Positions 57,817-64,000 of a stretch of DNA of 64,000 bases are shown in pieces. The notes under the pieces were generated by a model. The model searched no databases. It saw nothing but the letters and a program-made list of their open reading frames with translations, and was not told the origin of the DNA. The translations under genes and the position numbers were made by a program. This DNA comes from an uncultured Clostridia bacterium (GTDB lineage Bacteria; Bacillota; Clostridia; UMGS1810). The stretch spans positions 22,770 to 86,769 of the forward strand of contig CAKSPF010000006.1 of the NCBI GenBank assembly GCA_934481345.1, in the 5' to 3' direction. The stretch's first letter is position 1; each line of letters opens with the position of its first letter.

Positions 57817-58772
57817 TTAATACTCCTTTCCGGCAGAGTGTTGTTTATAATTTTCAAACACATATCCAAAACGTTTGCTTCGCTTTCGCATTCGTCAAGA
57901 TTTATCCAGTTTATTTCGGCGTCCTTTTTGAACCATGTCATTTGCCTTTTGGCATATCTTCGGGAATTTTGTTTCAATGCTTCTGTCATTTCTTCGCAGC
58001 TTATTTCGCCGTTTAAATAACTTACAACTTCTTTGTAGCCGATAGCCTGCATAGAAGTGTTATCGCAGGTACATCCCATAGCGACAAGTTTTTTTACTTC
58101 GTCCACAAGTCCCGCCGCAAGCATTATATCAACCCGTTTATTTATTCTGTCATAAAGATTTTCGCGGTTTCTTGTAAAGCCGATTTTGCAGCTGTTGTAA
58201 GGCGATTTGTTTTCTTTGGTTTTTTCATTGTGTGCGGAAATTGTTTCTCCGGTTGCATGATAGTATTCCAAAGCGCGGATAACCCTTTTTATATTGTTGG
58301 GGTGTATGTTTGAGGCGCTTTTTTCATCAACCTTTATAAGCATAGCGTGTATAAACCCGGCGCCGTTTTTTTGAGCAAGCTGCATTAATTCTTTGCGGTA
58401 TGCGGAATCTGACGGCGCGGATTCAAAAAAGTCCGTTCCGTTTATAAGGGAATTTGCATACAGTCCCGTTCCGCCTACGATGAGAGGAATTTTTCCCCGA
58501 TGCAGCATGTCGTCTATAATTTTTTTGCTTTCGCTTACAAAATCACACACGCTGTAATTGCGGGTGGGTTCCGCTATGTCTATCATGTGGTGCACAATTC
58601 CCTGCATTTCATCTTTTGCGACCTTGGCGGTGCCTATATCCATATGCCGATATATCTGCATTGAGTCGCAGGAGATTATTTCCGTATCAAGCTTTTTTGC
58701 AAGCCGGATTGAGTATTTGGTTTTTCCTGTTCCCGTAGGACCGACTATAAGAATAACAGACGGTTTATCCAT
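57813..58772 (-). CDS. miaA: tRNA dimethylallyltransferase
   Basis: P-loop IVGPTGTGKT and MiaA-typical length and motifs. Confidence 0.93.
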   Translation of the reverse strand: MDKPSVILIVGPTGTGKTKYSIRLAKKLDTEIISCDSMQIYRHMDIGTAKVAKDEMQGIVHHMIDIAEPTRNYSVCDFVSESKKIIDDMLHRGKIPLIVGGTGLYANSLINGTDFFESAPSDSAYRKELMQLAQKNGAGFIHAMLIKVDEKSASNIHPNNIKRVIRALEYYHATGETISAHNEKTKENKSPYNSCKIGFTRNRENLYDRINKRVDIMLAAGLVDEVKKLVAMGCTCDNTSMQAIGYKEVVSYLNGEISCEEMTEALKQNSRRYAKRQMTWFKKDAEINWINLDECESEANVLDMCLKIINNTLPERSIK

Positions 58773-58786
58773 GTGTATTACCTGCC

Positions 58787-60805
58787 TTAGACTATTCGTT
58801 TGAACTGCTTTTCAAGACTGTATTTAGACATTGTTATCATAATCGGTCTTCCGTGAGGGCAGGTGTTTATACCCTCTCCCAGAGAAAGAACCTGTTCTGC
58901 AAGAGCTTTCATTTCCTCCTCGGAAAGAACGTGATTTCCTTTAAGCGCTTTTTTACAGGCTACTGTGTGGAGAGCCTCTTCAAAAAGCTCTTTGTGCAAA
59001 TCGTTGTGTTTGCCGGCAATTAAGCCTATAATGTCGCTTACAGTATCCTTTATATCCTGTTCTTCAAGCGCTGCGGGAGTATAGCGTATCAATATGCTGT
59101 TGGTACCGAATACTTCTGTACCGAAACCGAGTTCGTCAAAAAAGTCAATGTTCTGTTCAACAATTTTAAGTTCAAGTGCATCCAGAGTCATTGTTACCGG
59201 CATTAAAAGCATTTGAGGTTCTATGCCGCGGTTTCTTGACTCTTCGAGAAATCTTTCAAAATATATTCTCTCGTGTGCCGCGTGCTGATCTATAATGAGC
59301 ATTTGGTTGTTTCTCTGAATTATTATATATGTACCGAATATCTGACCTATCAGGCGGAAATCAACGTCTGCTTTTATCTGCATGGGGGTAGACGGCGGCT
59401 GTTCTTCCGCTGCAGCTGCATTTTGAATTATTTTTTTGTTTAAAAGGCTTTCCGATGAATCATCAGGATAGTTAAATCTTTCCGGTGTGTTTTCTTCGGC
59501 AAATTCAGTCTTATTTTCGGCACGATGTTCATACTGCTGTATGGTTGGTTTTTCTTCCGGTGCCGGTTCTTCTTCGGCTGTATCGTGCGATATATGAATA
59601 CCTTCGGCATGGTTTATGCCGGGTTTTTCAAAAACGCTTGTGCTGCCTTCTTCTCTGGGTATACGGTATTCCGTAGGAGTGCTGTTTTGCACATAATCGT
59701 TTTTCAGAAGGTTTATTTCTACCTGAGAAGCCGTGTCGTAATTCGGAGCATTCATAACGAGATTACCGGTAGCCGGTTTTTGCTTTCCGGCAACAGGCAT
59801 TTCAATTTCAGGTACGTATTTTTTGTCATTGAGAGCGTTTTTAACCGCCCAGTATATCAGATTGTAAATACGTTTCTCTTCCGAAAAACGAACTTCCATT
59901 TTTGTCGGGTGTACATTCACATCGACAAAATTAGGGTCTAATCGGACATTCAGTATACATACGGGGAACCGTCCTGTCATAACCGTGTTTTTATAAGCTT
60001 CGCTTACCGCTGCACTCATTATTTTGCACACAATATTTCTTTCGTTTACAAAAAATATCTGATGCCGTCTGTCTTTTCGGGCAAGGTTTGAGTTTCCTAT
60101 AAAGCCTGTTACTTTGAACGGCGGTTCTTCATAGCATACTTCACGCATGTTTTTGGCATAATCTTTTCCGAAGACTGTGTATATGCTGCTTAAGAGTCTT
60201 CCGTCGCCGTTTGAATTTATAACGGTTTTTCCGTTGTTTATAAAGCGTACAGATATGTTCGGACGGCACAAAATGAGTTTATTAATCACGTCCGTAATAT
60301 AACCGGTTTCGGTAGCGTCATTTTTTAGAAATTTCATTCTTGCAGGTGTGTTGTAGAACAAATTGCGTACAATCACGGTTGTTCCGTCACTGCACCCTGC
60401 TTCGTCGTTTTCGAGGACTTCGCCGCCCTCTATAACTGCACAACTTCCCAGAGTTTCGGTTTTTGTCTTTGAAAAAATCTCCACCCGTGCAACGGCGGCA
60501 ATACTGGCAAGAGCCTCGCCACGGAAACCCAGCGTGTAAATGCTGTTCAAATCGGCTGCGCTTTTGATTTTGCTCGTTGCATGACGCTTAAATGCCGTCA
60601 GAATTTCATCCGGTTCTATACCGCATCCGTCATCCGTAACTCTTATATAGGAAATGCCGCCTTTTTTTATTTCTACCGTTATTGAGCCGGCACCTGCGTC
60701 TACGCTGTTTTCGACAAGCTCTTTTACTATTGATGCAGGTCTTTCAACTACTTCTCCGGCGGCAATCATATTAGCAATTTCGGTAGGTAATACATTAATT
60801 TTCAT
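58787..60805 (-). CDS. mutL: DNA mismatch repair endonuclease MutL
   Basis: GHKL N-terminus IAAGEVVERPASIVKELVENSVDAG. C-terminal endonuclease motif DQHAAHERIYFE (DQHAxxExxxxE). Confidence 0.95.
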   Translation of the reverse strand: MKINVLPTEIANMIAAGEVVERPASIVKELVENSVDAGAGSITVEIKKGGISYIRVTDDGCGIEPDEILTAFKRHATSKIKSAADLNSIYTLGFRGEALASIAAVARVEIFSKTKTETLGSCAVIEGGEVLENDEAGCSDGTTVIVRNLFYNTPARMKFLKNDATETGYITDVINKLILCRPNISVRFINNGKTVINSNGDGRLLSSIYTVFGKDYAKNMREVCYEEPPFKVTGFIGNSNLARKDRRHQIFFVNERNIVCKIMSAAVSEAYKNTVMTGRFPVCILNVRLDPNFVDVNVHPTKMEVRFSEEKRIYNLIYWAVKNALNDKKYVPEIEMPVAGKQKPATGNLVMNAPNYDTASQVEINLLKNDYVQNSTPTEYRIPREEGSTSVFEKPGINHAEGIHISHDTAEEEPAPEEKPTIQQYEHRAENKTEFAEENTPERFNYPDDSSESLLNKKIIQNAAAAEEQPPSTPMQIKADVDFRLIGQIFGTYIIIQRNNQMLIIDQHAAHERIYFERFLEESRNRGIEPQMLLMPVTMTLDALELKIVEQNIDFFDELGFGTEVFGTNSILIRYTPAALEEQDIKDTVSDIIGLIAGKHNDLHKELFEEALHTVACKKALKGNHVLSEEEMKALAEQVLSLGEGINTCPHGRPIMITMSKYSLEKQFKRIV

Positions 60806-63404
60806 TAAGCTCGCTCACTTTCTTTTGCAGCCGATATAATTCATTCATTGCTTCTAACGGAGTTAAAGTAGATATATCAAGACTCATTATATTCTCAAGG
60901 ATTTCCGAATCTACTTCAATGCTGTTTTCATTTTTCTTCGCGGTGTGTTCGGGAAGCCTTTCAACCGATATACCCTGTCCGTCTTCAACGTCTGTCAGGA
61001 TTTCCTTTGCGCGTTCTATTACCGCATCCGGAACGCCTGCAAGGCGTGCCACCTCTATACCAAAGCTGTCGTCGGTGCCCTTGTTTATTATTTTTCTTAA
61101 AAATATAATATCATCACCGCGCCGCTTTACGGCAATTGAGTAGTTTTTAACTCCGTCAATGCGGTTTTCGAGTTCGATAAGCTCGTGGTAATGCGTGGCA
61201 AAGAGCGATTTTGCCCCGATGTTTGCACATATGTACTCAACAACCGCCCATGCTATAGACAGTCCGTCGAATGTGCTTGTACCACGTCCTACTTCGTCCA
61301 GAATAACCAGACTTTTAGAGGTTGCATTTTTTAAAATATGGGCAACCTCGTTCATTTCAACCATAAAGGTACTGTAGCCCGAAGATAAATCATCCGAAGC
61401 GCCTATACGGGTAAATATTTTGTCAACTACACCTATTCGGCATTTTGATGCAGGCACAAAGGAACCTATCTGAGCCATTATTGTAATAAGCGCTGTCTGA
61501 CGCATATATGTGGACTTACCTGCCATGTTCGGTCCTGTTATGATTGAAAATTTACTGTCTGTAGTATTAAGAAATGTATCATTCGGAACAAACAGCGAGT
61601 CGCGCGAGGAAAGCTCCACAATCGGATGTCTGCCGCCTTTTATATCTATTATATCACTATTGTCAACAACAGGGCGGGTGTAGTTATTTCTTACGCTTAC
61701 TGCGGCAAGCGCGCAAAGAACATCTGCAATGCTTATCATTTTTGACATGTTCTGAAGTCTTTCGGAGTTTTTGTTGATTATGCCCAGAACATACATAAAA
61801 TCTTCGTATTCGAGGTCTTTTACGCGCTCCTTTGCGCTGAGTATACTATTTTCAAGTTCTTTAAGCTCCGGTGTGATATACCGCTCGCTGTTTGCAAGAG
61901 TTTGTTTGCGTATGTAATTTTCCGGAACCTTATCGGCCTGGCTTTTTGTAACGTCGATATAATATCCGAAAACCTTGTTATAGGAAATTTTCAAATTTTT
62001 AATTCCGGTTTTTTCTTTTTCTTCGGCCTCCATTTTCATAAGCACTGCGGTGCTGTCATCCATTAAAGAACGAAGTCTGTCAAGCTCTTTGTCAAAACCG
62101 GATTTAATCATTCCGCCTTCGCGCACCGTAACGGGTAAATCGTCATCCTTGATTGAACTGTCCAAAAGCTTATAAATATCATCAAGAATGTCAAAATCTC
62201 TGCAGCAGTCTTTGAAAAGCGGATTTTCACACAATGAAAGCGTTTTATGTATCTGCGGAAATACCCCGATGCTTTTTCTTAATGCCGCAAGTTCTCTTGC
62301 ATTGCAGGTTGAATAAACAACTTTTCCCAGAATTCTTTCAATATCGTTTATTTCTTTGAATGCCGAGGTTAACTCTCCTCTGATTTCGGTTTTAACAGAC
62401 ATTTCTTCGACCGCGTCAAGGCGCTTGTTTATCTCGTCTGCCGAGATAAGCGGTCTGTCCATCCACATTTTGAGCCTTCTGGAGCCCATTCCGGTTTTTG
62501 TTTTGTCGAGAATACCGAAAAGAGAGCCGTGCTTTGTCATGTTGCGCATTGTTTGTGTAAGTTCAAGATTTCTGCGCGAGGACATGTCTATTTCCATATA
62601 ATCATAGGCATTGTAGAAGCGCACCTCTCTAATGTGCGAAAGATTTATTTTCTGTGTTTCTTTAAGATATTTCAGCATTGCGCCTATCGTTCTTATGCAA
62701 AGTGTTCTTCCGCCCAGGACGGTTTTTGTTTCCGGGTCTGTAAATTTGTTGAAAACAGTATTTTCTGTCTCATAAAAATCGAAGTAGTCTTCTGAAATGT
62801 AATTTTCATAAAAACCTATGCGGTTCTTCAAGTCGGCAAACAATTTGTTGCGTTTGAATGACTTGTCATTTATTATTATTTCCGACGGCTTAAAGCATGC
62901 AATAGTGTTTGCAAGATTGTTTTCGGTGATTGTGTTTGTTCCCTCGGTTGTTATAAGCTCTCCCGTCGAAACATCACAGAACGACGCCGCATACATATCC
63001 TTGTCTACATATATACTTGCCAAAAAGTTATTTTCAGAAGACTGAAGCACTGTATCGAGAGTTGCGGTACCGGGTGTTATAACGCGGATAACATCCCTTT
63101 TTACTATACCTTTAGCGGTTTTGGGATCTTCGGTTTGTTCGCATATTGCAACCTTGCGGCCGCTTTTTATAAGTTTGGCGATATAATTCTGAGCGCTGTG
63201 GTACGGAACGCCGCACATAGGCGCACGTTCGCTTTTACCGCAGTTTTTTCCTGTCAGAGTTATTTCCAGTATTTGCGACGCAATTACGGCATCGTCGTAG
63301 AACATTTCATAGAAGTCGCCGAGTCTGAAAAACAGGATACAGTCTTCATATTCTTTTTTTATTTCAAAATACTGTGACATCATTGGTGTTGCCGATTCAG
63401 CCAT
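60795..63404 (-). CDS. mutS: DNA mismatch repair protein MutS
   Basis: TPMMSQYFEIK with the mismatch-binding FYE motif (GDFYEMF). Walker A GPNMAGKST. 11-nt overlap with mutL. Confidence 0.96.
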   Translation of the reverse strand: MAESATPMMSQYFEIKKEYEDCILFFRLGDFYEMFYDDAVIASQILEITLTGKNCGKSERAPMCGVPYHSAQNYIAKLIKSGRKVAICEQTEDPKTAKGIVKRDVIRVITPGTATLDTVLQSSENNFLASIYVDKDMYAASFCDVSTGELITTEGTNTITENNLANTIACFKPSEIIINDKSFKRNKLFADLKNRIGFYENYISEDYFDFYETENTVFNKFTDPETKTVLGGRTLCIRTIGAMLKYLKETQKINLSHIREVRFYNAYDYMEIDMSSRRNLELTQTMRNMTKHGSLFGILDKTKTGMGSRRLKMWMDRPLISADEINKRLDAVEEMSVKTEIRGELTSAFKEINDIERILGKVVYSTCNARELAALRKSIGVFPQIHKTLSLCENPLFKDCCRDFDILDDIYKLLDSSIKDDDLPVTVREGGMIKSGFDKELDRLRSLMDDSTAVLMKMEAEEKEKTGIKNLKISYNKVFGYYIDVTKSQADKVPENYIRKQTLANSERYITPELKELENSILSAKERVKDLEYEDFMYVLGIINKNSERLQNMSKMISIADVLCALAAVSVRNNYTRPVVDNSDIIDIKGGRHPIVELSSRDSLFVPNDTFLNTTDSKFSIITGPNMAGKSTYMRQTALITIMAQIGSFVPASKCRIGVVDKIFTRIGASDDLSSGYSTFMVEMNEVAHILKNATSKSLVILDEVGRGTSTFDGLSIAWAVVEYICANIGAKSLFATHYHELIELENRIDGVKNYSIAVKRRGDDIIFLRKIINKGTDDSFGIEVARLAGVPDAVIERAKEILTDVEDGQGISVERLPEHTAKKNENSIEVDSEILENIMSLDISTLTPLEAMNELYRLQKKVSELNEN

Positions 63405-63440
63405 AGTTTCCTCCGATAGTGTATTTTAGTGATTTTTATT

Positions 63441-63833
63441 TTAGTGACAGCCGCCGCATGAACTGCAATTTCCGGAGCAGCCGCCGCTTTGTTCCTCGCC
63501 CTTGACATAGTAAGCAATTATAGAGTTTACCTGCTCTATAAGCGTGGAAAAAGCTTTGTTTGCCTCTATATAGCGGGTGATATTTTTGTTTGTGCACAGC
63601 TTATTGAAGGCTTCCTGTGCCTCGGACTGAATACTCTCAAGAGCTTCTTTGGTGATATTTGCATCAGAAGCCTTTTTTGCAAGCGCCTCACGGGTGTCTG
63701 CGTATTCCATCATGAGCTCCTGTGCCTCGGGATCTGCAAGCTGCATTTCTTCGGCGCCCTTTAATGCTTTGAATTCATCACATTCCGACAGCATTTGACC
63801 GAGCTCTCTTGCCTTTTCTATTATATCATTCAT
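63441..63833 (-). CDS. YlbF/YmcA (Com_YlbF, RicA-like) family protein with C-terminal four-Cys tail
   Basis: Helical YmcA-like body (ARELGQMLSECDEFKALKGAEEM...). The tail is GGCSGNCSSCGGCH. Its position between miaB and mutS matches B. subtilis ymcB-ymcA. The RBS is AAGGAGA. Confidence 0.8.
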   Translation of the reverse strand: MNDIIEKARELGQMLSECDEFKALKGAEEMQLADPEAQELMMEYADTREALAKKASDANITKEALESIQSEAQEAFNKLCTNKNITRYIEANKAFSTLIEQVNSIIAYYVKGEEQSGGCSGNCSSCGGCH

Positions 63834-63844
63834 CAGAATTCTCC

Positions 63845-64000
63845 TTATTTATCTGTCAGCTCACCGGTGAGCGACCAGGTTTTTGCCTTAACAATATTTA
63901 CATTTACAATTTTGCCTACAAGGTCATCGCTGCCCTTGAAATTAACAATTTTACCGCCTTCGGTTCTGCCGGCATAAAATTCGTCGTTATTTTTGCTTTT
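63845..64000 (-). CDS. miaB: 3' end of tRNA-i6A37 methylthiotransferase MiaB (TRAM domain), partial
   Basis: Hand translation of the minus strand gives ...KSKNNDEFYAGRTEGGKIVNFKGSDDLVGKIVNVNIVKAKTWSLTGELTDK-stop. This is the typical MiaB C-terminus. It is absent from the ORF track because it is shorter than 60 aa. Confidence 0.8.
   Translation of the reverse strand, partial: KSKNNDEFYAGRTEGGKIVNFKGSDDLVGKIVNVNIVKAKTWSLTGELTDK

Overview
The window is a chromosomal segment from a low-to-moderate-GC Firmicute, probably Clostridia-like, centred on the replication origin. It carries the canonical block dnaA-dnaN-yaaA(rlbA)-recF-remB-gyrB-gyrA at 32.8-41.6 kb. DnaA boxes lie upstream of dnaA. The dnaA-dnaN spacer holds a DnaA box, then a short GC spacer, then a CTA-repeat DnaA-trio, then an AT-rich element.

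Most remaining genes are housekeeping:
- pstSCAB-phoU, fba, proBA, coaD, rsmD
- dprA-topA-trmFO and a feoA-feoB fusion
- eno, dtd, rsmE, prmA, ksgA
- ileS, the division tail ylmE-sepF-ylmH-divIVA, miaA, mutSL, a ymcA/ricA-like gene, and the 3' end of miaB

Accessory content:
- A three-gene operon (plus a fourth gene running off the left edge) for large secreted proteins: two glycoside-hydrolase-like proteins and one SLH-anchored protein.
- A solitary tRNA-Glu(CUC).
- A PG-binding/LysM/M14 peptidase.
- A two-gene COG0523-type GTPase module.
- A BspA-type LRR surface protein next to an SPFH protein.
- A patatin / FAD-protein pair and a lactonase.

No transposases, integrases, CRISPR arrays, rRNA genes or recognisable defence systems were seen.

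Observations most worth follow-up:
1. The COG0523 pair. One member has a 62-residue tract with 33 His plus a CCC. The other lacks CxCC and is fused to a DUF1980-like CC-motif domain.
2. An EF-G paralogue whose catalytic His in DTPGH is replaced (DTPGT) and whose G1 reads AHSNAGKT.
3. A sharp AT-rich, all-AGR-arginine compositional trough over dnaA-recF.
4. A gene-strand layout that does not mirror the predicted oriC.
5. Orphan intrinsic terminators in the leader of the glycoside-hydrolase operon.

CDS coordinates follow the ORF track, with starts refined by RBS inspection. RNA and regulatory coordinates were located by eye and may be off by 1-2 nt, because homopolymer runs are hard to count by hand.
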